Source: Thermoplasmata archaeon
GTDB lineage: Archaea > Thermoplasmatota > Thermoplasmata > Thermoplasmatales > GCA-001856825
NCBI GenBank assembly: GCA_021787125.1
Contig: JAJYMI010000089.1
Span: 1-49,246 of the forward strand
Reading direction: 5' to 3'
Length of the DNA: 49,246 nt
Made by a program: the position numbers and the translations under genes. Shown here piece after piece: positions 29,892 to 39,040 of the stretch (position 1 is its first letter; every line of letters starts with the position of its first letter). The notes under the pieces were generated by a model. The model was not told the origin of the DNA. It saw only the letters and a program-made list of their open reading frames with translations, and ran no database searches.

Positions 29892-30104
29892 GTGGAGTCA
29901 ATCGGAAGATTCTGTTTTTACAATTCTAACGGGACCTGCAATTTCCTGAGGAATGCTCCCACTGAGTGCAATCTGTGTCCAAATTTTGTGTCCTTTAGAA
30001 AGGAGGCACTTCCATTCTCCGAGGGCTCAAAGTTGCCCGTTACATACTTCGATCTCTCGATAAGTCGGGGATCTGGCGACCAATTTCAGATGAGCCTAGT
30101 CTAG
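29892..30104 (+). CDS. Small hypothetical Cys-motif protein
   Basis: 70 aa with C-x7-C-x9-C-x2-C; TTTTTAT TATA-like box about 22-28 nt upstream; fills the gap and ends with a 4-nt overlap with the convergent gene. Confidence 0.5.
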   Translation: MESIGRFCFYNSNGTCNFLRNAPTECNLCPNFVSFRKEALPFSEGSKLPVTYFDLSISRGSGDQFQMSLV

Positions 30105-31582
30105 ATTATGTGGGGGATAATGACCTCCCACAGTATCAAGAACAGCACGAACAAACTCACTGCCGCTACTATCGCGTCTCTCGCCTTCTTATTCTTCTGC
30201 AGTAATGGAGTGTTAAGGAAAACGTACCCACCGTCCAATGGCACGATCGGCAGAAGGTTCATCAACCCTAACGCGAAATTGAGCCAGAAGAGCCAATAGA
30301 ACAGATACTCAAGGTTGAGGGATACTGGGTTGGAATTGATGGATAATTGCAAGGAAGCAGGCAGAGGGAACTCCGAGTGGAACGGCAGACCAAGGTACTC
30401 GAAGAAACCCAGGGCACCACCAGAGGTAGGGTTCTTTAAGATACTCAGGTAGGAATACTGATCGAAGAGAATCAGGCCAAACACAGAGACGTCTACTCCC
30501 ATGAACGGGTAGTCTTTTGAGATCCCGGGGTTAGAAACTCCCGAGGACAAGAGGTAGGAGTACCTTGAGGCTAGAGTTACATTGTAAGAGTTGTAACTAG
30601 TCCCATTGAATGTCTCGACCGCGACGGTTTGACCAGCTACGTAACTGGACTCCGCCTTGGTAAAAGCAGTGTAGTTAGTGATGGTGTGATTGCCCATTGA
30701 GACGATCACGCTTCCTGGTGTGATTCCGGCGTCATATGCTGGATAATTCTTTAGAACATCGGTAACATAGATTCCATAAACAACACTCTCCGTTATAAGA
30801 TGGCCACTACGCAACAAGGTCACATTTACTTGGCTACCAGGGGTGAAGGAGAGATTTGTCAACACAGAATCGTTCGTAACCGAGACACCTCCCACAGATT
30901 GCAGTATGTCGCCAGGTTGAAATTCTGGAGTAGTTGATAGCGAAGACTGGACCGGTGATCCAGGTACTGGAGCAAATGAGTAGGCCATTAAGATTGCAAG
31001 AACCAAGAATATCACAGTTAGGGTGATGTTCATCCCGGGCCCTGCTGCGAATACCTTTGCTCTAGTTTTCGGTTCTACTTTCTTCATCTCTTCTTCGTCC
31101 GGTTCTACAAATGCACCTATTGGAATGATTAGCCATAACAGCCCAGTACTCCTAACAGGGATGCCAAACCTTCTGGCAGCTATACCGTGAGCAGCTTCGT
31201 GTAGGGCCACTGCAATTATCAGACCTATTATTCCCCATGTTATAGGTAGAGCTGGGTTGATACCCGGAAGGGCAAGATAGTACGAAAGCGAAGGAGCCGC
31301 TCCTTTGGGTATTGAAAGAACCAGAACTGCCTCCCAGATCAGTAAGGCAACGCCACCCGTCGCAAGGAACGGCATAGCGTAGTAGAAGAATGAAACAAAA
31401 TGATCCCAGAACTTGTGTTTCGAGACCCTTTCAATCGTTCTGACTCCTACCTGCGTCTTGATCAGGAGGGCTGGTCCGTAAGGAGCAAAATGGCTCTTGA
31501 ATCTGGTAATAGCAACGTAGAATACCGCTATCCATGCAACAATTAGGATAGCCAAAATAAGGAGCCAATTCACGGGTCGCAA
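30101..31582 (-). CDS. Site-2 protease (M50) with PDZ-like domains
   Basis: HEAAH, GAFVEPD, AGPGMN and NLLPIVPLDGG; central PDZ-like repeats. Confidence 0.93.
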   Translation of the reverse strand: MRPVNWLLILAILIVAWIAVFYVAITRFKSHFAPYGPALLIKTQVGVRTIERVSKHKFWDHFVSFFYYAMPFLATGGVALLIWEAVLVLSIPKGAAPSLSYYLALPGINPALPITWGIIGLIIAVALHEAAHGIAARRFGIPVRSTGLLWLIIPIGAFVEPDEEEMKKVEPKTRAKVFAAGPGMNITLTVIFLVLAILMAYSFAPVPGSPVQSSLSTTPEFQPGDILQSVGGVSVTNDSVLTNLSFTPGSQVNVTLLRSGHLITESVVYGIYVTDVLKNYPAYDAGITPGSVIVSMGNHTITNYTAFTKAESSYVAGQTVAVETFNGTSYNSYNVTLASRYSYLLSSGVSNPGISKDYPFMGVDVSVFGLILFDQYSYLSILKNPTSGGALGFFEYLGLPFHSEFPLPASLQLSINSNPVSLNLEYLFYWLFWLNFALGLMNLLPIVPLDGGYVFLNTPLLQKNKKARDAIVAAVSLFVLFLILWEVIIPHII

Positions 31583-31678
31583 TCAGAAATGGTCTATTAA
31601 TCATTTCTTTTAACCGTCTCTCGACGTGAGATCCGTCTCAAGATTGATAGTTTCCATGCACTCAGATACCGATTTTGA

Positions 31679-31954
31679 ATAAAACTTACAAAAACTCCTG
31701 CTTCTACGGCTTTTGAGCGGCTCAATAATCTGAAGATGCCTATTCTAGTGATTCTTGGCAGTAGGGATCTGCCCGGGTCAGTCTTGCAAGGAAAGAGAAT
31801 TCACCTACAGATACCTAGATCCGAGCCAAACCTAATCGAAGGAGCCGATCACATTCTTGGCCTTTCCAGGGCGGTAGAGTTCAACACCAAGGTTATGGAT
31901 TTCCTGAATAAAGTGGGGCGTCTGAAGACAGCGTCAGATCGACGAATTGCCTAA
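31679..31954 (+). pseudogene. C-terminal remnant of an alpha/beta hydrolase
   Basis: In-frame AFERLNNLKMPILVILGSRD...IEGADH...EFNTKVMDFL (acid and His segments of the triad); in-frame TGA at 31676 and no nucleophile domain upstream. Confidence 0.65.
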
Positions 31955-32022
31955 CGACAACTCTCCTTCCAATAGCACAGAGTGAATCTATAAGGATAAA
32001 TACCATCCATCATTGAGAGAAC

Positions 32023-32463
32023 GTGCGAGCGAAGGTAGAATGGGTAGACAATTTGACTTTTCTATCCTCTGACGACTCGGGCCACTACGCAATACTTGAT
32101 CACTCAGAAAACAAAGATTTGCAGAAGGGAAGTTCTCCGACCAATATGCTGCTTCAGGCTCTGTGTGGGTGTACGGCAATGGATGTAATATCCATACTTC
32201 AGAAAAAGAAGGAACCAGTGACTGGTCTCGAGGTCAGCGCTGAGGGTACGAGAGCTGCTGATCATCCTAAGGTATTCACTGACGTCAAGCTTGAGTACGT
32301 TGCTTATGGAAATGTAAAGAAGGAGAGCCTGGATAGAGCAGTAGCTCTAAGTCAGGAAAAATATTGCAATATCTCAATCACACTAAAGAGAGCGGGAGTG
32401 AGAGTTACCTTTTCTGCGAGGATAGTCAACGATCAATCTTCATCTGTTAATGACGCTCCGTGA
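32023..32463 (+). CDS. OsmC-like (YhfA-type) protein
   Basis: GxSPxxMLLxALxGC, HPKVF and SQEKYC motifs. Confidence 0.9.
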   Translation: MRAKVEWVDNLTFLSSDDSGHYAILDHSENKDLQKGSSPTNMLLQALCGCTAMDVISILQKKKEPVTGLEVSAEGTRAADHPKVFTDVKLEYVAYGNVKKESLDRAVALSQEKYCNISITLKRAGVRVTFSARIVNDQSSSVNDAP

Positions 32464-32474
32464 AATTTCTGAAT

Positions 32475-32816
32475 TCAGAAGGAAATCACTGAATAGCCTT
32501 GCTCAAGGTAGTAAGAGATCCTATCTCTATAGTTCTCCAGGGTCACTCCTTTGTCCTGAATCTCCAGAACTATGTTTTTTCTCTTGGCAATTCCCACGCA
32601 TGCAGAATCAATCACACCCGCATCTATGAGTTTTTTCAAATTTTGAGCCCTGTCACCAGTTGCCTTGGCGAGTATAGACTCGCTCTCTCCAAAAAACAGT
32701 ATCTTCAGGCTCTCAAATCTCTTCTCCTCGTCAAGTTTCATTGCGGAATATACTGCCATATCAAATCTAGTGGGTGCCTCTTCTCCGCTCATTACCAGAT
32801 AAAGAACTTTAGTCAT
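32475..32816 (-). CDS. DsrE/DsrF-like protein
   Basis: 113 aa with ILFFG, SACxxIA and GYxVISF C-terminus. Confidence 0.75.
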   Translation of the reverse strand: MTKVLYLVMSGEEAPTRFDMAVYSAMKLDEEKRFESLKILFFGESESILAKATGDRAQNLKKLIDAGVIDSACVGIAKRKNIVLEIQDKGVTLENYRDRISYYLEQGYSVISF

Positions 32817-32850
32817 ATCTGTCCAGTGAAGGGTGAAATATAATGTTGTT

Positions 32851-32987
32851 CAAATGGTGATGACACATCATCTCTTTCCAATGGATCTAATGAGAGACTC
32901 TCTTAGCAAAACAAGACATCTGTCACTTGTTAAGGAGGGAAACTGAACGTGGCGTTTGCAAGATATATGTGTCATTCTCACCAATTG
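32851..32987. other. Intergenic element bounded by an imperfect ~17-bp inverted repeat with internal hairpins (ncRNA or MITE-like)
   Basis: ATGACACAT 32860-32868 / ATGTGTCAT 32967-32975 and TGGTG 32855-32859 / CACCA 32979-32983; inner hairpins at 32887-32906 and 32910-32931. Confidence 0.4.
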
Positions 32988-33086
32988 TTGCGGGGTGCTC
33001 CCTCACTAAACGAAAAAAGTCATAGCGCTTTCACACAAACTTCCAACAAGTCTATATAAAGCACTATCTTTAACCTGAGATAATAA

Positions 33087-33473
33087 ATGAGCTGGCAAGA
33101 TCAAGAGGTCAGAGAGTTAAAAGAAAATAAATACATACTGATAGACGAGGAGCCTTGCAAGATAGTTGAAATCACTACATCCAAGCCTGGAAAGCATGGT
33201 GAAGCTAAAGCCAGAATCGTAGCAATTGGAATTTTCGACAATCAGAAAAGGAGCGTTGTATATCCAACCAAGCACAAGGTAAAGGTACCTATCATAGAAA
33301 AGAAGACTGCCCAGATACTGAGCATTTCACAGAGTGAGGGACTATTCATGGACATGGAAACGTTCGAACAGTTCAACATTCCGATCCCCGACGAATTCAA
33401 GGATAGGGCTGCGAGCGGAGTCGAGGTAGAGTACTGGGAGTCAATGGGAAAGAGGAAACTAATGCGAGTCTAA
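33087..33473 (+). CDS. eif5a: Translation factor aIF-5A
   Basis: [10 protein letters not shown] hypusine loop, IDEEPC and MDMETFE motifs. Confidence 0.97.
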   Translation: MSWQDQEVRELKENKYILIDEEPCKIVEITTSKPGKHGEAKARIVAIGIFDNQKRSVVYPTKHKVKVPIIEKKTAQILSISQSEGLFMDMETFEQFNIPIPDEFKDRAASGVEVEYWESMGKRKLMRV

Positions 33474-34313
33474 ATGCCCTCCCCCCTCAAATTCTGTGAC
33501 TCTTCGGATAGTTACGAAGACTCCAAGTATGTTATATTTGGTGTTCCATTCGACTCGACAGTTTCCTTCAGGTCGGGTGAGAAATTTGCCCCCAATGAGA
33601 TCAGAAAGGCGTCCTACAACATGGAGAGTTATGCAGTATACAGGGGAATAGATCTCAAGAACTCTGGAATATTTGACATGGGGGATATAGAGGAGTATCA
33701 CAGATCAGACGAGATGATAGAGGAAGTCTATTCCATAGTGGATCGCATCGTATCTGATCGGAAGTTTCCAATAATGATGGGCGGCGAACACAGCGTAAGC
33801 AACGGCGCCATCAAGAGAATCAAAGGGAAGGTGATTTTCATAGACGCTCATACGGACTACAGAGACTCTTATCTGGGAGACAGGAACTCGCACGCATGCG
33901 TTGCTAGAAGGGCGGCAGAAGTCGTTGGCAAGGAGAATGTTGTTTCAATCGGTCCACGCTCAATCTCAAAGGAAGAAATGGATGACGGACCGCAGAAGTA
34001 TTTCACGAGCTTTGAGGTAAACGAGGACAAGACGAGATTGAAAGCATTCCTCAAGGGATTCTGCAATTCTCCAGTCTACCTCTCGATAGACTTCGATGGT
34101 TTCGATCCAGCTTATGCTCCAGGCGTAGGGACTCCCGAACCATTCGGTCTCAATCCAATGATCCTGATGGATATACTGGAAACCACTGGAGGGAATCTGG
34201 TTGGACTGGACGTGAACGAAATCACTCCCACGTTTGATAACGGAAACACTTCCATGCTAGCTGCTCGAATCATTCAAGAAGTGGTATCTTATCTAGAAAC
34301 GTCAAGAAAATGA
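33474..34313 (+). CDS. speB: Agmatinase
   Basis: GVPFD, GGEHS, DAHTD, SHAC, DxDxxDP and PGVGTPEPFG ureohydrolase motifs; directly follows aIF5A. Confidence 0.92.
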   Translation: MPSPLKFCDSSDSYEDSKYVIFGVPFDSTVSFRSGEKFAPNEIRKASYNMESYAVYRGIDLKNSGIFDMGDIEEYHRSDEMIEEVYSIVDRIVSDRKFPIMMGGEHSVSNGAIKRIKGKVIFIDAHTDYRDSYLGDRNSHACVARRAAEVVGKENVVSIGPRSISKEEMDDGPQKYFTSFEVNEDKTRLKAFLKGFCNSPVYLSIDFDGFDPAYAPGVGTPEPFGLNPMILMDILETTGGNLVGLDVNEITPTFDNGNTSMLAARIIQEVVSYLETSRK

Positions 34314-34909
34314 GTGAAAATAAGGTCTACAAGGAAGGGTACAAGGATGGAATCAAATTCGCTATTCTTGCAGCTAGGGCGTATGGTAACAACGAGGAAT
34401 TAATAAAACGCCTTGAAAGGGAATATTCCGGAGAGGACGGAGAGACCGCAGTCAAGCTGGTCTATGGAGAGACCTATCTCATCTATGAAAAACGAAACCA
34501 GAAGGGTATGGAGATAATTTTGGGGGTTGCCACCCAGGGGTTTCCAGCAATAGTGATGAGTAGGGACACCAAGAGCACTCTTACGTCAATGAAGAATATC
34601 AAGTTCGCTCCCATAACATACGACGAGTCGGTCGGTAGTTTCAACCCGACACAGCTCAGCCAGATGCAAGAATATGTCATAAGCAACCTGATCGAAAAGG
34701 GTGTCGTGTACATAGACTGCCTGGACTACATATTTTCTACCTCAAGTTCAGTTCAAAACGTGTTGAGATTTCTCACAGTTTTGAAGGACAAAGTACTCGA
34801 CAAGAATGGAATATTCATACTATCTTTGAACAAGGATGCCATAGGCAAGCCTGAACTTTCAATGATAGAAAAGGAATTCAAGAATACAATCAAAATTAAG
34901 TCGGATTAG
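34310..34909 (+). CDS. DUF835-domain protein (degenerate KaiC/RecA-like fold)
   Basis: TYLIYE, PTQL, VYIDCLDY, RFLxxLKD and ELxxIEKE pattern. Confidence 0.7.
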   Translation: MSENKVYKEGYKDGIKFAILAARAYGNNEELIKRLEREYSGEDGETAVKLVYGETYLIYEKRNQKGMEIILGVATQGFPAIVMSRDTKSTLTSMKNIKFAPITYDESVGSFNPTQLSQMQEYVISNLIEKGVVYIDCLDYIFSTSSSVQNVLRFLTVLKDKVLDKNGIFILSLNKDAIGKPELSMIEKEFKNTIKIKSD

Positions 34910-35411
34910 TCAGACTTATTACGTCTACTCTGGACGGTGTGGGCAGCTTATGGGATGCCATTCTCAATGCTTCCTTTGCCTTATCTTCTCCAGTTTTTGG
35001 GATTCTCACTATCAGTATCGTAGAACCCCTCCTTACTCTGGCAGCAGTACCCACTGGTCTGCCGAATGACAGGCTCATTCCACTCGAAATTCTGTCCGCT
35101 CCGGCTCCTGTCGCCATTTTGTGCTCCCTTATGACGTGGTGAGGGAATGGTCTGACCCTCATGAAGTATCCCTTTTCGCCAAAGTCCCTTATCAGCAGTC
35201 TGTTCGACTTAATTCTTGCAGCCTCTAGAGCCGTGTGTCTAATCTGGCAGGATTCCTCCGCTACCAGTCTCAGCTCTATATCGTAATTTCCATTGACGTC
35301 CCCAGCCACGTACTGCTGTATTCTGGATGCTGGGACTCCTCCCATGTATTCCCGCTTCGTATAGGCGGGTCCTGTGATCTTCCTGTACATCCTACCTGGC
35401 TTTCTTACCAT
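34896..35411 (-). CDS. rpl10e: 50S ribosomal protein L10e (uL16)
   Basis: RKPGRMYR, QIRHTALEAAR, PHHVIRE and GAGADRISSGM motifs. Confidence 0.97.
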   Translation of the reverse strand: MVRKPGRMYRKITGPAYTKREYMGGVPASRIQQYVAGDVNGNYDIELRLVAEESCQIRHTALEAARIKSNRLLIRDFGEKGYFMRVRPFPHHVIREHKMATGAGADRISSGMSLSFGRPVGTAARVRRGSTILIVRIPKTGEDKAKEALRMASHKLPTPSRVDVISLTNPT

Positions 35412-35508
35412 TTACTCTACCTTTCAGGAAAATGATTCAGAATATAAAATCCTTCTGAGTTAAATCCATGAAAGGTTATTTATTCGTATACTATGATTAC
35501 CAGAGGAA

Positions 35509-36462
35509 ATGGACGAAATCTGGATCGAGAAGTACAGACCGAAGAGACTTGATGAGGTCGTTGGGCAGAGTGTGGTTGTTGAGAGGCTAAGGAGCTACAC
35601 TCAACAAAAGAACATACCGCACCTCCTCTTTTCGGGACCTCCCGGTACAGGAAAGACGACAGCTGCAACCGTCCTGGCAAGGGAATTCTATGGAGAAGCA
35701 TGGAAAGAGAATTTTCTAGAACTGAATGCCTCGGATGACAGAGGGATAAAGATGGTGAGGGAAACTGTGAAGGATTATTCCAGGATTCTTCCTACAAATC
35801 CTCTAGGATTCAAGATTCTCTTCCTGGATGAAGCGGATTATATGACCGATGAAGCTCAAGCCGCTCTGAGAAGAACCATGGAGAATTTCACCAGAACCAC
35901 AAGATTCATTCTCTCTTGCAATTACTCGTCCAAGATCATTGAACCCATCCAGTCAAGAACTGCGATCTTCAGATTCAAAGCAATTCCGACGGAGTCATTA
36001 GTGGCCGCACTTGCGGAAATACTTAGGAAGGAGGGTATCGAGTACGAGAAGAAGTCACTAGATGTAATTGCTGAGTTGTCGTATGGAGACATGCGAAAGG
36101 CAATTAACACGCTACAGGTCGCTGCTACATACTCTCACAAGGTCACGGTGAACACCATTTACGAGGCTGCCGGACTGGTTCACAAGGAATGGGCGATTCA
36201 GGTCCTGTCACTGGCTCTCAAGGGCGACATCTCAAAAGCGAGAGGTTTGCTGGAAGACGCCGTGATCAAACAGGGGATATCTGGACAAGATGTTGTAGAA
36301 CAGTTCCACAGAGTGATCTACGATTTGCCAGTAGGTGACGCTCTTAAGGCGGATATACTCTTTGTGCTTGGGGATATAGACTTCAGGATATCAGAAGGAG
36401 CAAGAGAGATAATACAACTCGAAAGTTTTCTAGGTTATCTATACAGTAAGGGCTCGAAATGA
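35509..36462 (+). CDS. rfcS: Replication factor C small subunit
   Basis: WIEKYRP, GPPGTGKTT, ELNASDDRG, LDEAD, ALRRTME and PIQSR motifs; no intein. Confidence 0.96.
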   Translation: MDEIWIEKYRPKRLDEVVGQSVVVERLRSYTQQKNIPHLLFSGPPGTGKTTAATVLAREFYGEAWKENFLELNASDDRGIKMVRETVKDYSRILPTNPLGFKILFLDEADYMTDEAQAALRRTMENFTRTTRFILSCNYSSKIIEPIQSRTAIFRFKAIPTESLVAALAEILRKEGIEYEKKSLDVIAELSYGDMRKAINTLQVAATYSHKVTVNTIYEAAGLVHKEWAIQVLSLALKGDISKARGLLEDAVIKQGISGQDVVEQFHRVIYDLPVGDALKADILFVLGDIDFRISEGAREIIQLESFLGYLYSKGSK

Positions 36463-36465
36463 GGG

Positions 36466-36972
36466 GTGGGTGCCGCGCCTAACGGATCTGTTTATGAAAG
36501 AGAACTAAAACTCATTCTTTCTGGAAACGAGGAAAAGTTGGGAAAGACCGGGTGGATAAGAGAGGAAGTTAAGGATAGAATAAAATCCAAACCATTCTTA
36601 GTTGTCAGGGCTGCAGGAAGTCATGGATTTGATATAATTATCCTCAGACACGACCTGAGCATCCCTATAGAGATTAAGAGTTCTAAAGAGAAGATTTTAA
36701 ACTTTTCATCCTCATCGAATAGGTCGCAAGAACAGGCTGAAGAATATGTGGAGATGATTTCCAAGACTAAGGTAATGCCTCTCTATGCATACAGACTGAA
36801 GAACGTCAATGGCGATCCATGGAGAATCTTTACTTTCGATTCTGAGTACGAAGGAAGGTACCGCATGTTTGCAAAAATAGTTCCAAAATTGGATGTCACG
36901 AAGGGAGGAGCCTTTTCGATGAAATGGGAAAAGGGTTTACAACTCACATCTCTGCTGGAGTATCTTTTCTAA
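36466..36972 (+). CDS. hjc: Holliday junction resolvase Hjc-like PD-(D/E)xK nuclease
   Basis: GxxYERELK, VRAAGS, DII and IEIKSS motifs. Confidence 0.8.
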   Translation: MGAAPNGSVYERELKLILSGNEEKLGKTGWIREEVKDRIKSKPFLVVRAAGSHGFDIIILRHDLSIPIEIKSSKEKILNFSSSSNRSQEQAEEYVEMISKTKVMPLYAYRLKNVNGDPWRIFTFDSEYEGRYRMFAKIVPKLDVTKGGAFSMKWEKGLQLTSLLEYLF

Positions 36973-36978
36973 TATAGT

Positions 36979-37368
36979 CTACGCAACTGCCTCAGCTAAT
37001 TTTTCCTTTTGGCTGCCCCTTGGAAATTCCAAACCTCTCTCTATCCTCTTGTACTCTATACTAGTCGGTGTGAGTTTTCCTAGTATGTACTCGAGTGCAG
37101 ACTCTGCGTTCTCTGACGGACCACAAGTGAAAATATCTAGCGCTACTAGTCCGTATTCTGGCCAGGTATGAAAGCTCAGATGAGATTCAGCAAGAAGAAT
37201 GATTCCGCTCACTCCGCCTGGAGTGAATTGATGGTAATATGATCTGATTTTAGTGAGTTTTCCGTACTTGACTGCCGACTCCATTATTTCCTGCATCGTA
37301 TCTGAATTTGAAATCTTCTCAGGTTCAATTCCCTTTAGATCCCCGACAAGATGAATCCCTATTGACAC
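36979..37368 (-). CDS. speH: S-adenosylmethionine decarboxylase proenzyme (pyruvoyl type)
   Basis: GxHL, GVSG, LAESHLSFHTWPE and DIFTCG motifs; the paralogous arginine decarboxylase is not excluded. Confidence 0.85.
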   Translation of the reverse strand: MSIGIHLVGDLKGIEPEKISNSDTMQEIMESAVKYGKLTKIRSYYHQFTPGGVSGIILLAESHLSFHTWPEYGLVALDIFTCGPSENAESALEYILGKLTPTSIEYKRIERGLEFPRGSQKEKLAEAVA

Positions 37369-37596
37369 CAGCTATTCACCGATTTCTCTCAAGAAATACC
37401 CCTATATAAAGTTTAATTTTTCGACTCTAAAGAAAATACAATAAATCATACGGTTTTGCGAATGAAATTCTGAACGAAATACCCTTTAGAAATGTAAGGT
37501 TGAAATGGAGCCTTTTTCAGATTTGAGAATTGGTGTAAATTAAATGAATGTCATCCATGATGGAGTCCCTTTGATTAACCAAATTCGTATTTACAT

Positions 37597-37619
37597 AAAA
37601 AATAAGAGTGGGACTCTTA
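37597..37619 (-). terminator. Hairpin + T-tract (TAAGAGT-CCC-ACTCTTA-TTTTTT on minus strand)
   Basis: Perfect 7-bp stem at 37603-37619 followed by six Ts on the minus strand. Confidence 0.45.
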
Positions 37620-38068
37620 ACTTTGGTTAAAGTACGAATGGCTTGGAAAGTTGTGCTGTTGGGTGGTTGTAATCTTGTCATATTCTATCCTGAAAACCGA
37701 TTTGGATCAGGTAAGCATGGTTTGAGTCAATAAGTTATAGATCTTACCTATGGCGTGTTAGGTCAGGTTTTTGTTGTAGATGCTCTGGTTGGGTATTACT
37801 GTACTAGTAATTTGTCTGAGAAGTTGTGACAGATTTCTCCAATTGTCTCTTTATTTCTTGAAGCTGACACGTTCTTCAATCGTTGCAATTGATTGTACCT
37901 TAAGCACTATACTCTTTCCAATTTTGATTTCGTAAAACAATATCCGGTTCAGATTACTCTTGAATTATAAGAGTGATGCTCATCGAAGTGTATTGTCGAT
38001 AAATAGACAACAAAACGGCAAAGCCAAATGGAACACAATTCTAAAGTACCAGACTCTGATTGAAAATT

Positions 38069-38626
38069 ATGGAAAAAAGAAGTCATTGGAGATCTATATT
38101 AGTAGTGGTTATTATCATTGTCATAATATCCTCAACTCTAGTGATTCTGTCCCAGCCAATCCAGGCAAAGGGGGTTGTATATGGACTTCTTGATTACAAT
38201 GCCAAAATAGGGCCGTCGAACAACAGCAGTTACAATTATATTGGAATGATAGTAATCACTAACTCCTCCGATGCAAATCTCTTTTCCGGTTCAGTGACAA
38301 GCAACAGCTCTCTTTTTTCTGTATATTTACTGACCAAGGATCAGTTTGTCATCTGGTCTGAAGGAAACCTCAATGTTTCTGCTAACTTGAAAGAAAACAA
38401 TCTAGGTGGAAACCTTTCAAATGGTACCTTAAGTGGAGCGTCCATCGTAACCTCAATAAACACCCTCCCTGTGGATTATTCGTACGGCATAACCGGCAAT
38501 GGTACGTTACACCTATCCTGGAGAATTTCGTCCGGAACTGAATATGCAATTGTCATACTTTCACACACAAGGCTATTCTCATATGAACCAAGATTGACAT
38601 TTTATTATCAATATCTTCAGATCTGA
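38069..38626 (+). CDS. Membrane-anchored extracellular hypothetical protein
   Basis: Single N-terminal TM followed by a Ser/Asn-rich region with several N-X-S/T sequons; AT-rich context. Confidence 0.75.
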   Translation: MEKRSHWRSILVVVIIIVIISSTLVILSQPIQAKGVVYGLLDYNAKIGPSNNSSYNYIGMIVITNSSDANLFSGSVTSNSSLFSVYLLTKDQFVIWSEGNLNVSANLKENNLGGNLSNGTLSGASIVTSINTLPVDYSYGITGNGTLHLSWRISSGTEYAIVILSHTRLFSYEPRLTFYYQYLQI

Positions 38627-39040
38627 CGATATTGGTGCCCTGAAACTGCGGCACTGAGTTCTGTAATACGCGCATTGCCTTCTCAATAGACGGCAGAATT
38701 TCTAAAAGCGACAAATCCTCCTCGAAGAAATCCTGCAGTTTTAAATCATCCATTGTTTGGAATATCACTTGTGGCTCTACACTAATGCACCTGAGAGTAG
38801 GACGGTTATAATACCCGTGATAGAACAAATGTGGCGCTGTTGCTGCAAGTCCGGCATTAACTTAATTCATTCTTTAAGCGTGCACACTGGCACGTGACTG
38901 ACTTAGGATTACAATGCTTTATGAAATCGTACGGACACCAATTTCCAAGTGTCCCTTTATATACGCGAGTAGAAAAGGTTATTAAGCACGGTAGTCTGCA
39001 GATGCTGAGCAAATAGCTCTAGACAAAGGATTGGTAGTAT

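Noticed and set aside
32885-32932. CTAATGA...AAAA with flanking stems resembling a hammerhead ribozyme core
   Set aside because: The core reads CUAAUGA rather than CUGAUGA and no GAAA follows stem II
37393-37484. Direct repeat GAAATACCC (37393 and 37476) considered as a CRISPR-like or array repeat
   Set aside because: Only two 9-bp copies, no regular repeat-spacer periodicity and no cas genes
37960-38193. 77-aa plus-strand ORF overlapping the surface protein gene
   Set aside because: Overlaps the better ORF in another frame and has no motif
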